Assembly (NCBI GenBank): GCA_965652975.1
Contig: CBFGYO010000001.1
Location: 1-63,440, forward strand
Length of the DNA: 63,440 nucleotides
From: an uncultured Chitinophagaceae bacterium
Lineage (GTDB): Bacteria; Bacteroidota; Bacteroidia; Chitinophagales; Chitinophagaceae
Reading direction: 5' to 3'
Below, piece by piece: positions 1-8,935 of this stretch (positions are counted from its first letter, which is position 1; every line of letters starts with the position of its first letter). Both the position numbers and the translations under genes were made by a program. The notes under the pieces were generated by a model that worked only from the letters and a program-made list of their open reading frames with translations, had not been told where the DNA came from and made no database searches.

Positions 1-473
1 AGTCATTTTGTGCTACCGCTATTTCGCCCCTAACGGGGCTTTTAAAAAAAGTCTTTAGTTATTCCGCCCTAGTCCCGTTGGGGTATTATATCGATAGAAA
101 GGTTTCGTCATTTCCCTCACGCCCCGTTAGGGGCATAATATCGGTAGTAACGTCTTTAGTTATTCTCTCTACGCCCCGTAGGGGCAAAATCTGGGGTTTG
201 CCAAATTGAATGGTTGCTTTTGAAATATTGAAATCTCTATATTTTGCCCCTACGGGGCGAATGCATCGATAGTCATTTTGTGCTACCGCTATTTCGCCCC
301 TAACGGGGCTTTTAAAAAAAGTCTTCAGTTATTCCGCCCTACGCCCTTTGGGGTAAAATTTCGAAAAAAAGATTTTCATCGTTTCCCTCACGCCCCGTTA
401 GCGGCATAATATCGGTAGTAAAGTCTTTAGTTATTCCTCTAACGGGGCGCTTAAAATAATCATTCCTATGTTC
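1..473. repeat. Mosaic tandem array of ~50-nt units, each carrying a GCCCC-N3-4-GGGGC hairpin, organised as a 270-bp direct super-repeat
   Basis: Nt 1-50 and 271-320 are identical (agtcattttgtgctaccgctatttcgcccctaacggggcttttaaaaaaa). The following units (51-101/321-371, 102-151/372-422, 152-~190/423-~460) are diverged copies sharing gtctttagttattc, cgccccgttaggggc and ataatatcggtagtaa. Hairpins lie at 26-39, 65-84, 121-134, 173-185, 246-258, 296-309, 335-354, 392-405 and 440-448 (half). Orientation varies between hairpins (loop taac vs gtta). No ORF >=60 aa in the track. Confidence 0.9.
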
Positions 474-499
474 TAAATTTTCCAAGCTGTCGGACTATT

Positions 500-1255
500 T
501 TACCTATCCATCCATTCCTTAAACGCTGATACATTCTCCTGGCTAATAATTACCTCCTCTGCAACTGCCGGTTCCACCTCAAGTTGCAATTTGCTTTTAG
601 GATACACCTTTATTTTTTTAATAGCTGCCTGCTGTACAAGATATTTCCTGTTTACCCGGTAAAAAAGCAGCGGATCTACCTGCTTCTCGATATCCGCAAG
701 TGAAAGATCCAGGATGAATTTTTGATTTTTCTGATCTACCAGGCACACCACTTTATGTGCTGCATAGAAGTAAGCAATATCTTCAGTTTTTATGCTTGCA
801 TAATCACTTCCACGTTTTACCAAAAATCTTTTTTTGTATCCATTTCCACCAGGTTGCTGCTGCCATTGCTGCAATTGTTTGAAACTTGCCGCAAAATGGT
901 TCTTAAGCTTGTCATACTTATTCAGCGCGATTTCCAATTTCTCCTGTTTCACGGGTTTCAATAAATAATCAATGCTGTTATGTTCAAATGCTTCCTGCCA
1001 GTATTCATCGAATGCGGTGCAAAAAATCACGGGACTATTAATATCCACACGCTCAAAGATCTTAAACGACAGGCCATCACCCAGCTCTATATCCATAAAG
1101 AAAAGGTCCGGCAATGCATTTTGCTTGAGCCATTCCACAGAAGATTGCACGCTATCCAGTACTGCTACTACCTCCAGTGAGGGACCAGCCTTATGTAGAG
1201 CCTTCTGTAATTTTTCAGCGGCGGGTTTTTCATCCTCGACGATTACTACTTTCAT
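500..1255 (-). CDS. LytR/AlgR-family response regulator (receiver + LytTR DNA-binding domain)
   Basis: 251 aa. Receiver motifs MKVVIVEDE ... FFMDIELGDG. C-terminal LytTR-like segment (FYRVNRKYLV). Starts 1 nt after the stop of the kinase gene. Confidence 0.9.
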   Translation of the reverse strand: MKVVIVEDEKPAAEKLQKALHKAGPSLEVVAVLDSVQSSVEWLKQNALPDLFFMDIELGDGLSFKIFERVDINSPVIFCTAFDEYWQEAFEHNSIDYLLKPVKQEKLEIALNKYDKLKNHFAASFKQLQQWQQQPGGNGYKKRFLVKRGSDYASIKTEDIAYFYAAHKVVCLVDQKNQKFILDLSLADIEKQVDPLLFYRVNRKYLVQQAAIKKIKVYPKSKLQLEVEPAVAEEVIISQENVSAFKEWMDR

Positions 1256-1256
1256 G

Positions 1257-2384
1257 CTAATCGATTTTTAATACAGGTAATGTTACTATAAAATTGAATA
1301 CGGTACTTTCCACAGTGATCTCTTTATTGGTGGTAAGTTTATAACGCTCCCTGAGGTTATTGAGACCAATCTTTGACGAGGGCCGCCGCAGGTTCTTTTT
1401 TCGTATTGCATTTCGAACTATTAATGCATCGTCTGTGAGCCTGATCTCCACAAGCAATGGATTAGCCTCTGAAAATTCGTTGTGCTTGATGGCATTCTCT
1501 GCCAGTATCTGCAATGAAATAGGTGGCACAAGATATTGTTCAAGTTCGGTTTCGGGTATTATAAGGTTGAGGTATACCGCATTTTCAAATCGAATTTGCA
1601 GGAGCAGGAAATAACTTTTTAAAAACTCCAGTTCTTCGCGAAGCAGTACCAGGTCCCTGGCTTTGTTTTGCAATATATATCGGTACACATCTGCAAGGTT
1701 GTCATTAAACTGTTTGGCCCGCGCGGGTTTTTCTTCTATCAAATGACTTAACGTATTTAGCGAATTGAAAATAAAATGCGGATCGATCTGGTTTTTTAAA
1801 GCTTCCAGTTCGGCTTCTGCTTTTGCCCTTTCCAGTTGCTCTGCACGGATCATTTCGGATTCGGATTCTTTTACCAGGAAAACGGTCTCGTACACATGCG
1901 TAATGAAAATAACGGCAATGAGTATAATGAGTGTGGATTGTGTTACAACATTCCAGTTTACCGGTTCGCCGGAAAATAAATTATACCAACCTACCAGCAG
2001 CAGTATGCTTAAGGGCACTGTATAAAAACTTATTCCCAGCATCAGCACAGCAATCTTTTGCAACGGCTTATTGATCCAGTCAAAATAACTGCGCAGTGAA
2101 AAGTGCAGGTAGCGATTGCCCTGCCAGATAACATACGCAATCATGATAGTATATAAAAAACTAAGTTTTACCTGCCAGTTAGATAAATTGAGATTATTGA
2201 TCATCCCCGTAACGAGCGGGATGGTGATGCCAAAGAATGGAATCAATATTAGTCGAAAGCCAATATCATTGACCTTATAACCATTCTTTGTGTCCGTCGG
2301 TAGTTTTTGTATGTCGATCCCTTCCTTTTCCAACTTCGATCTTTTTACAAATGGGATGTAAAAATTAAATAATAGTTTAGACAT
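1257..2384 (-). CDS. LytS/YehU-type sensor histidine kinase
   Basis: 375 aa. Several N-terminal TM helices, then His_kinase motif IDPHFIFNSLNTLSHLI and N-box LAENAIKHN. Operonic with the LytTR regulator. Confidence 0.85.
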   Translation of the reverse strand: MSKLLFNFYIPFVKRSKLEKEGIDIQKLPTDTKNGYKVNDIGFRLILIPFFGITIPLVTGMINNLNLSNWQVKLSFLYTIMIAYVIWQGNRYLHFSLRSYFDWINKPLQKIAVLMLGISFYTVPLSILLLVGWYNLFSGEPVNWNVVTQSTLIILIAVIFITHVYETVFLVKESESEMIRAEQLERAKAEAELEALKNQIDPHFIFNSLNTLSHLIEEKPARAKQFNDNLADVYRYILQNKARDLVLLREELEFLKSYFLLLQIRFENAVYLNLIIPETELEQYLVPPISLQILAENAIKHNEFSEANPLLVEIRLTDDALIVRNAIRKKNLRRPSSKIGLNNLRERYKLTTNKEITVESTVFNFIVTLPVLKID

Positions 2385-2418
2385 ACAAGTTTATTCCATC
2401 ACCAAAACTTTTTCACTT

Positions 2419-2853
2419 ATGGAAATGGGTACAATTAACTGGCTGGCAGTCCTGGTTGCCGGTATTTCATCGTTTGTAGTTGGAGGCATCTGGTATTCGC
2501 CCGGCCTGTTTGGCAACGCCTGGATGAAAGACAACAATCTTACACAAGAAGATGTAAAACGTGGAAACAAAGGGAAGATCTTTGGCTGGACGCTTATCTT
2601 CTCCCTACTCATGGCTGCAAACCTGGGAATGTTCCTGGCAGAGCCAAAGGCTTCGTGTCCAGTGGACTGTGTACCTAAAATAAACCTGGCTTTCGGCGCC
2701 GCCGCTGGTTTTCTTGCAGGCATTTGGGCATTCTGTGCTATTGCGATTCACAGTTTGTTTGAACAAAAGCCCTGGCGTGTGATCCTCATTAATGGATTTT
2801 ATAGCCTGGTAGCGCTTACATTGATGGGAGCCATCATTGGTGTGTGGCGATAA
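2419..2853 (+). CDS. DUF1761-like small membrane protein
   Basis: 144 aa, 4 predicted TM segments. GGIWYSPGLFGNAWM motif as I remember it for DUF1761. Confidence 0.6.
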   Translation: MEMGTINWLAVLVAGISSFVVGGIWYSPGLFGNAWMKDNNLTQEDVKRGNKGKIFGWTLIFSLLMAANLGMFLAEPKASCPVDCVPKINLAFGAAAGFLAGIWAFCAIAIHSLFEQKPWRVILINGFYSLVALTLMGAIIGVWR

Positions 2854-2911
2854 ACGAGGATAAAAGAACCAGCTTTCCGCGTACATTATAGGTCTTACTG
2901 AAAAACTGTTT

Positions 2912-3430
2912 ATGAAAAAAAGTTACCTGGTAGCTATCGCATTGCTAACTATCCAAGTGGCAAATGCACAAACAAGTACCCTGCCAAGACCATGTGCAAC
3001 AAATAATATTTATCGCTTTTTTGATTTTTGGATTGGCGAGTGGGAGGCATTTGGAGCCAAGGGTAAAGCAGGCGAAAGCAAGATATCGCTTATACTGGAT
3101 AGCTGTGTAATACTTGAGGAATGGACCAGTATGCAACAGGGCTATGCAGGTAAAAGTTTTAATACTTACAATCCGCAATCCAAAATGTGGCAACAAACAT
3201 GGGTAGACAATCGTGGCGGACTCACTGAGTATAGTAATAGTGTGTGGGAAAAAGATAAGATGATGCTTACATCGGCCAACCAATCGTTGCCAGATGGCAA
3301 ACAGCTCATACAACGCATGACATTCACTAAATTAAGTAACGACAAAGTGAGGCAACATGGCGAGAATAGTAATGATGGCGGCAAAACATGGACCACCACT
3401 TTTGACCTGGAATACAGGCGCAGGAAATGA
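2912..3430 (+). CDS. Secreted hypothetical protein
   Basis: 172 aa. N-terminal signal peptide (MKKSYLVAIALLTIQVANAQ). No catalytic motif recognised. Confidence 0.5.
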   Translation: MKKSYLVAIALLTIQVANAQTSTLPRPCATNNIYRFFDFWIGEWEAFGAKGKAGESKISLILDSCVILEEWTSMQQGYAGKSFNTYNPQSKMWQQTWVDNRGGLTEYSNSVWEKDKMMLTSANQSLPDGKQLIQRMTFTKLSNDKVRQHGENSNDGGKTWTTTFDLEYRRRK

Positions 3431-3484
3431 TGAATGGAACGGTAGACTCGTTTTCTTTTTGGACCTTTAAGAAAATCATTCGCT

Positions 3485-4003
3485 ATGGACAGAAAGAATT
3501 TCCTGATGCAGGCAGCAGTTGGTGCCGGCACGATTGTAACCTTGCCGTATCTTGTATATGGTCAAAATACGGCGACTACCGTACCTCCAAAAGCTGAACC
3601 ATTGCCTGCGGAAAAAGTGAAAGCGTTTGTAAGTGCAGGTCACAACAACCTTGATAAGGTAAAAGAGTTGCTCACAGAATTTCCAACTCTGATATATGCG
3701 ACCTGGGACCTTGGAGGTGGTGATTTTGAAACAGCGCTGGAAGGAGCTGGGCATGTAGGTAATAAAGACATTGCCAACTACCTGATAAAGCTCGGCGCAA
3801 GAACAAATATGTTTGTATTGACGATGCTGGGCAAAACACAGGTAGTAAAACCGTACCTGGAAGCATTCCCGGAATATCTCACTGCCCGTGGTCCGCACGG
3901 TCTTACTTTACTACACCATGCGCAGCGCGGCGGAGATGATGCAAAAGAACTATTGGAATATTTACAAACCAAAGGATTGAAAGAAACAAAATCACCATTA
4001 TAA
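3485..4003 (+). CDS. Ankyrin-repeat protein with Tat-like signal
   Basis: 172 aa. N-terminus MDRKNFLMQAAVGAGTIV resembles a Tat leader. Ankyrin-like repeats (GHNNLDKVKELL, TALEGAGHVGNKDIANYLIKLGAR, GLTLLHHAQRGG). Confidence 0.65.
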   Translation: MDRKNFLMQAAVGAGTIVTLPYLVYGQNTATTVPPKAEPLPAEKVKAFVSAGHNNLDKVKELLTEFPTLIYATWDLGGGDFETALEGAGHVGNKDIANYLIKLGARTNMFVLTMLGKTQVVKPYLEAFPEYLTARGPHGLTLLHHAQRGGDDAKELLEYLQTKGLKETKSPL

Positions 4004-4016
4004 AAATCAATTACCA

Positions 4017-4400
4017 ATGCAACACGCGATCAGCTGGTTCGAGATTCCTTCGACAGACCTGGAAAGAGCAACAAAATTTTATGAAACTATTTTCTCCTTC
4101 AAATTAACACCGCTTGATATGGACAATATCAAAATGCGGATGTTCCCGATAGACGATATGACCGGCGTGAGTGGCGCTGTTGTAGACAGCGGTGGATTTC
4201 ATAAGCCATCGATGACAGATGGACCCCTGATTTATCTAAATGGCAATCCTGATTTGCAATTGATTTTAGATAAGGTAGAAGCTGCCGGGGGCAAAATACT
4301 GGTACCAAAAACTGAAATATCTCCTGAATATGGCAGCATGGCTGTATTCTTCGATACGGAAGGTAACCGCATCGGGTTGCACAGCGTGCCCGCCTCATAA
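4017..4400 (+). CDS. VOC (glyoxalase/bleomycin-resistance) family protein
   Basis: 127 aa. N-terminus ISWFEIPSTDLERATKFYETIF is typical of small VOC proteins. Confidence 0.8.
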   Translation: MQHAISWFEIPSTDLERATKFYETIFSFKLTPLDMDNIKMRMFPIDDMTGVSGAVVDSGGFHKPSMTDGPLIYLNGNPDLQLILDKVEAAGGKILVPKTEISPEYGSMAVFFDTEGNRIGLHSVPAS

Positions 4401-4411
4401 ACAAAAGTTTT

Positions 4412-4915
4412 ATGTCAACAGCAATCGACTGGAGTCGTTTTTCAGTAAGGGTGAATATTAATGCCCCCATAGAAAAACTATACCATGCCTGGACAAGTCA
4501 ACAGGGCATCGAACATTGGTTCCTCCGTATGAGCGAGTATCGTACTGCCGATGGGCGACTACGCAAACGAAATGAAGAAGTGGAACCTGGCGATACCTAC
4601 AAATGGCGATGGCACGGTTACCCCGATTCAGTTACGGAAGAGGGAACGGTGCTTGATTTAAATGGAAAAGACCTGTTCAAATTCAGTTTCGGCAAAGCAG
4701 GCAATTGTACGGTGAAAGTATATAAGGACCATGATCAGTCGATTGTTGAATTAGTGCAGGATCATATACCAACAGATGAAAAGAGCATGGAATATTATCA
4801 TGTGGGTTGCAAAACCGGCTGGACTTTTCACCTTGCTAATATGAAATCCATTTTTGAAGGCGGGATCGACCTGCGCAATAAAGATGAAAATCTGAAAGAT
4901 GTTCTTAATTCTTAG
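4412..4915 (+). CDS. SRPBCC / AHSA1-like domain protein
   Basis: 167 aa. IEKLYHAWTSQQGIEHWF motif is typical of the Activator-of-Hsp90-ATPase-homologue-like SRPBCC family. Confidence 0.75.
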   Translation: MSTAIDWSRFSVRVNINAPIEKLYHAWTSQQGIEHWFLRMSEYRTADGRLRKRNEEVEPGDTYKWRWHGYPDSVTEEGTVLDLNGKDLFKFSFGKAGNCTVKVYKDHDQSIVELVQDHIPTDEKSMEYYHVGCKTGWTFHLANMKSIFEGGIDLRNKDENLKDVLNS

Positions 4916-4935
4916 TGTCAGCGAGCTAAGTATCC

Positions 4936-5118
4936 GGGGTTAAAATCAGGGAATATCCTTATTCGTTTTTTTACCACATAGAATCATAGAAGCATAGATT
5001 TCACATAGAATTTAAACCGGTCGAATATAATAATCCCTATGTTGATCTATGTGTCTATGATTCTACCTGCCTGCCGGTAGGCAGGTGTGGTAAATAAGCG
5101 AACTTAAAGATATTCCCC
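4936..5118. repeat. Word-periodic palindromic element A ('CATAG' family)
   Basis: Left arm ttaccacatagaatcatagaagcatagatttcacatag pairs with ctatgttgatctatgtgtctatgattcta...tgtggtaa. Outer arms gggaatatccttattcg / cgaacttaaagatattcccc. An extra nested hairpin cctgcctgccggtaggcagg sits inside the right arm. Confidence 0.85.
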
Positions 5119-5170
5119 ATGAAACGCACCCCCTTCGACGCCTGGTATTATTTTTTGTAAAAATTAAACA

Positions 5171-5695
5171 ATGCAATTCGACCTGGATAAATCAATAGAA
5201 GTACTCGAACGAACTCCTGCTTGTCTACAGTTATTACTTAGCGGCCTGGATAGTGAATGGATAACAAGTAATGAAGGACCCGATACATTTTCACCCTACG
5301 ATGTATTAGGACACCTGATACATGGCGAAAAAACGGATTGGCGCCCCAGGGTCCTGATGATACGCGAACATGGAGTATCGCAGACATTCGTTCCCTACGA
5401 CCGGTTTGCGCAATACCGCGAAAGCGAAGGAAAATCAATCAACCAGTTGCTGGAAGAATTCAACAAGCTTCGTAAAGAAAATTTGATTTGGTTTAAATCT
5501 TTACAACTTACGGAGGCTGATTTAAACAAGGAGGGCATGCATCCTGTGCTGGGTACTGTCACAATGAAACAATTGCTGGCAGCCTGGGTTGTACATGATC
5601 TTACACATATCGCTCAAATAGGACGCGTGATGGCGAAACAATACAAAGAAGAAATTGGACCCTGGGTTGAGTTTTTCAGGGTCTTGAATTTTTAA
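5171..5695 (+). CDS. DinB-family protein
   Basis: 174 aa. His triad context (LGHLIHGEKTDW ... HDLTHIAQI) is typical of DinB_2. Confidence 0.8.
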   Translation: MQFDLDKSIEVLERTPACLQLLLSGLDSEWITSNEGPDTFSPYDVLGHLIHGEKTDWRPRVLMIREHGVSQTFVPYDRFAQYRESEGKSINQLLEEFNKLRKENLIWFKSLQLTEADLNKEGMHPVLGTVTMKQLLAAWVVHDLTHIAQIGRVMAKQYKEEIGPWVEFFRVLNF

Positions 5696-5706
5696 GGACT
5701 GGCTTC

Positions 5707-5796
5707 CTTTGTGTTCGTTGTGATTCGTTGTGTCTGTTGTGATTCCTAAACATAATCACATTAGGCGCACCACGACGAACACAACGAACCACAAAG
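5707..5796. repeat. Word-periodic palindromic element C ('CGTTGTG' words)
   Basis: ctttgtgttcgttgtgattcgttgtg (5707-5732) pairs with cacgacgaacacaacgaaccacaaag (5771-5796). Inner stem gtgatt/aatcac. Confidence 0.85.
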
Positions 5797-5837
5797 AACA
5801 CGACGAAAAACACATACCAAAATATAAAACTTCATTT

Positions 5838-6323
5838 ATGAGAATACTTTACCTTTTATTAATCACTCTATCTCTCGCCTCCTGCGCAAATGACAATACA
5901 TCAAAAACGGAAACAGGTGAAGCTGCCGCCACCGATTTAATTGGTGAATGGAATAACCTTTCAATTAAAGTAGACATCAACTCCAAAAACAATACAGACT
6001 CAACCGACACATTTGAAGCCGCACAACCACACTGGGAAGAAAAGCTGAAGATCCGCCCGATCAGGACTTTTTTCCGCACAGACAGCACGTGGAATTCCGC
6101 ACATTATAATCTAAAAGACTCGCTCTTTTACAACCCTTCTGGTAAATGGTGGATCAATCGCGATCAACTGGTGATGCTACAAACCTTCCCTTCACCAGAT
6201 ACTACCACCTACCTGCTCACCATCACAAAGGATACAGCAACGTTTGATGCCATGCTCGATTGGGATTCTGATGGCAAAAAGGATGACAGGTATTTCGGTA
6301 GACAGGTGAAAATAAAGAGGTAG
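5838..6323 (+). CDS. Lipoprotein, unknown function
   Basis: The track ORF starts at 5730, but its first 36 codons lie inside palindrome C (low-complexity HNHIRRTTTNTTNHKEH). The ATG at 5838 gives a lipobox, MRILYLLLITLSLASC. Confidence 0.6.
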   Translation: MRILYLLLITLSLASCANDNTSKTETGEAAATDLIGEWNNLSIKVDINSKNNTDSTDTFEAAQPHWEEKLKIRPIRTFFRTDSTWNSAHYNLKDSLFYNPSGKWWINRDQLVMLQTFPSPDTTTYLLTITKDTATFDAMLDWDSDGKKDDRYFGRQVKIKR

Positions 6324-6333
6324 TGATTTGAAT

Positions 6334-6469
6334 GATTCCTTAGCTTTTTTAACCACATAGGAGCATAGAAGCATAGTTACACATAGGATTAAATATTCGA
6401 AGGTGTTACTCCCTATGTTGGCTTATGCTTCTATGCTCCTATGTGTTAAAAAAAGCGAATAAGGAAATC
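6334..6469. repeat. Word-periodic palindromic element B ('CATAG' family, paralogue of A)
   Basis: accacataggagcatagaagcatag (6351-6375) pairs with cttatgcttctatgctcctatgtgtt (6422-6447). Outer arms gattccttagctttttt / aaaaaagcgaataaggaaatc. Shares ccttattcg-T-run-accacatagRAKcatagaagcatag with element A. Confidence 0.85.
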
Positions 6470-6517
6470 TACCCCCCATCACCCCGGATGTCTGCAACAA
6501 CTGCAGGAGTAAAATAA

Positions 6518-6559
6518 AAACGGTTACCAACAGGGTTTACACCCCACTGGTAACCGTTT
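6518..6559. terminator. Bidirectional intrinsic-terminator-like hairpin
   Basis: 12-bp stem aaacggttacca (6518-6529) / tggtaaccgttt (6548-6559). Flanked by A-run upstream and T-run downstream, between convergent genes. Confidence 0.7.
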
Positions 6560-6574
6560 ACCTCATTTTTTATT

Positions 6575-7240
6575 TTATTTCTTTGTAAGCGTTATTTGCA
6601 TGTTCTTGTATTGCACACCCGTCATAGGATCGGGACCGTACATTTCCATAATGTGTGTTTTATCATCCACCATCCGCATTACCTGTTTCAACTTGCAGGT
6701 CCTGCCATCTACAGGGCTTACCATCTCGCCAGTCATAACGATTGATTTGGATGCCGCGTCGTAGGGACCTTCCATTGTCATGATGCCCGAGCTCATATTG
6801 TCGATCCAGGTGCTGATATACACTTTCTTTGCATTATCATAACCGGTAGTGCTGGTACCTTCGAATGGCATTCCCATCATATTTCCCTTGTAACTGGAAA
6901 CCAGGAAGCGATCTCCCATGATCATTTTATTGCTAACGGTAGTCATACTGGTATCCGCGGGCGCATTTTGTCCCATCCACCATACAACCTGTCCGTTCCA
7001 GTTGCCGGTAGATTTTGCCAGCATCTTTTGCGGCTCTCCTACAGCACCATATTCCATCATGGCCTGCATCATTTTGGATGTATCCATAGGTACCCAGTCT
7101 TTATGCGTAGTAGATGTATCGGCATACGAAGTAGTTTTAGAAACCGTACTGGTATCAGACGCTGTTTCATTCTTTGCCGCATTGTTACACGCATTCAATA
7201 ACAATGTGAGTGCACAGAAGGCTAAGGTTATCCGTTTCAT
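6575..7240 (-). CDS. DUF1579-like secreted lipoprotein
   Basis: 221 aa. Lipobox LLLNAC. Met-rich body with GDRFLVSSYKG...MPFEGTSTTGYDNAKKVYISTWIDNMS, typical of DUF1579. Confidence 0.7.
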   Translation of the reverse strand: MKRITLAFCALTLLLNACNNAAKNETASDTSTVSKTTSYADTSTTHKDWVPMDTSKMMQAMMEYGAVGEPQKMLAKSTGNWNGQVVWWMGQNAPADTSMTTVSNKMIMGDRFLVSSYKGNMMGMPFEGTSTTGYDNAKKVYISTWIDNMSSGIMTMEGPYDAASKSIVMTGEMVSPVDGRTCKLKQVMRMVDDKTHIMEMYGPDPMTGVQYKNMQITLTKK

Positions 7241-7467
7241 AAAAATATTTTAGGATAAAAAGGTACAAATATTCACCACTGCTGGCAAAAAATAATCCGA
7301 CGGAGCCGGAGAATAAAACGACGAACCTGAGTCTAGCTCACATAAATAATCATAAACCCGCAAAACCCGTAATTTATATAACGACCACAAATTCAGCGAC
7401 CTTGAACCTTCCACCACGCCAATTCTACCACACTTAGATACTATGCCTTCGCTCAACGCTCTCGCTC

Positions 7468-8859
7468 TCACTCTATCTTTCCTCCTTGTTCAATCCAGCA
7501 TCGGATTAGTTCCCGCTCTTCAGGAGTCATATTCGTTTTGTTGTTCTGGGGCATTGTTTTCGTAATTACCACGCGTTGCAGGATCGCATCCATCTTTCGG
7601 GCAATGTCGGGGGGCGTATCATATACAACTCCACTGGGTGCAGTGGTATAAACATTATCGGTGGGACGTGAAGAGTGGCAACTGATACAACGATCTTGTA
7701 TAATCCTGTTGACCGTAGCAAAAGGTACCGTATCACATTTTCCACCGCTAGCAGCTGGTTTGGTAACGTATGCAGTTGCCAGTAATAAAATTACAGATGC
7801 CGGAAGCACCCATACGCTTAATTGGCCACGCTCACGCAAATTGAGCCAATGCTTGATGCCTGCACTTCCCAGGGTAATGGCGATAAGCACCAGCCATTGA
7901 TAACGGTTACTGAAGGTGCTGGGAAAATGATTGCTAACCATTACAAAAAGTACAGGTAGTGTGAAATAATTATTATGCAACGACCTGAACAAGGCGTTTT
8001 TCCCTTTGCGTGGATCTGGTGCTACTCCTTTTTTTGCTGCATTTACCATCGCTTTCTGGGATGGTATAATGATAAAAAAAACATTGGCCGCCATAAGTGT
8101 ACCAATCATTGCTCCGAAATGAATGAATGCAGCACGTCCTGTGAATAGCATGCTGTATAAAAATGCAAATGCAGACAGGAATAAAATAATTGTGAGAGCA
8201 AACCACAACGTTTTTTTTGCCAGGAACGATTTGCAAAGCAGGTCATATATTATCCATGCTGCAATAAATGATCCGATGCTAATGGTAATTGCTGCTGTTG
8301 GGCTCAATGCCATTACATTGGTATCGATCATCGTTGCCGAGGCATTGAAATAATAAATGATAAATAATAATGCGAATCCTGATACCCACGTAAAATATGC
8401 TTCATATTTAAACCAATGCAGGTGCTTCGGAATGGTTTTCGGCGCCACTTTATATTTTTCCAGGTAATAGAAACCCCCACCATGCACGGCCCATAAGTCG
8501 CCTGCAATTTCATCCCGTATATTTTCTTTTCGATTAAGTGCGTTTTCCAAAAACACAAAATAGAATGAAGCCCCGATCCAGGCAATTCCAAAAGTAATAT
8601 GCAACACGCGCACCACGATATTCAACCATTCCATCAAATGACCTTCGTACACAGTACCCTTAACCAGGAAATAAATGCTTGTAATAATTGCAATAATGGT
8701 AAACACAATTGAAGCATACACCCAATTCTGGATCAACACGATTTTATCCCTGCTTTCCGGGTTTGATGTATCCGGCCGCGCAAGCGCATGAATACGATGA
8801 GTCATGATTACCAGCATAACCAGTATCGCACTGAATAATATCAGTAATATCATTGCCAT
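7468..8859 (-). CDS. puuD: Membrane cytochrome-c urate hydroxylase (PuuD-type)
   Basis: 463 aa. Polytopic membrane N-terminal ~370 aa plus a C-terminal c-type haem motif, CISCH. Divergent from the allantoinase operon. Confidence 0.7.
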   Translation of the reverse strand: MAMILLILFSAILVMLVIMTHRIHALARPDTSNPESRDKIVLIQNWVYASIVFTIIAIITSIYFLVKGTVYEGHLMEWLNIVVRVLHITFGIAWIGASFYFVFLENALNRKENIRDEIAGDLWAVHGGGFYYLEKYKVAPKTIPKHLHWFKYEAYFTWVSGFALLFIIYYFNASATMIDTNVMALSPTAAITISIGSFIAAWIIYDLLCKSFLAKKTLWFALTIILFLSAFAFLYSMLFTGRAAFIHFGAMIGTLMAANVFFIIIPSQKAMVNAAKKGVAPDPRKGKNALFRSLHNNYFTLPVLFVMVSNHFPSTFSNRYQWLVLIAITLGSAGIKHWLNLRERGQLSVWVLPASVILLLATAYVTKPAASGGKCDTVPFATVNRIIQDRCISCHSSRPTDNVYTTAPSGVVYDTPPDIARKMDAILQRVVITKTMPQNNKTNMTPEERELIRCWIEQGGKIE

Positions 8860-8935
8860 TGCAACAAGATAGAAATGTCTTAACCCACAAAGTATAAAAT
8901 TGTTTTCTATTTTTAAGCGTATAAACTATGCAAGC

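Noticed and set aside
1-473. Possible CRISPR array at the left edge (regularly spaced short palindromic repeats)
   Set aside because: The units are contiguous ~50-nt degenerate repeats with no unique spacers. Repeat copies differ from one another and change orientation, and no cas genes are present in the window.
5730-5837. N-terminal 36 codons of track ORF 5730-6323
   Set aside because: The segment lies entirely within palindromic element C and translates to low-complexity HNHIRRTTTNTTNHKEHDEKH. The ATG at 5838 gives a clean lipoprotein signal.
7250-7471. 73-aa minus-strand ORF in the gap between the DUF1579-like gene and puuD
   Set aside because: No recognisable motif and odd composition. 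It overlaps the puuD stop region, and I treat it as non-coding. No clear RNA structure was seen either.
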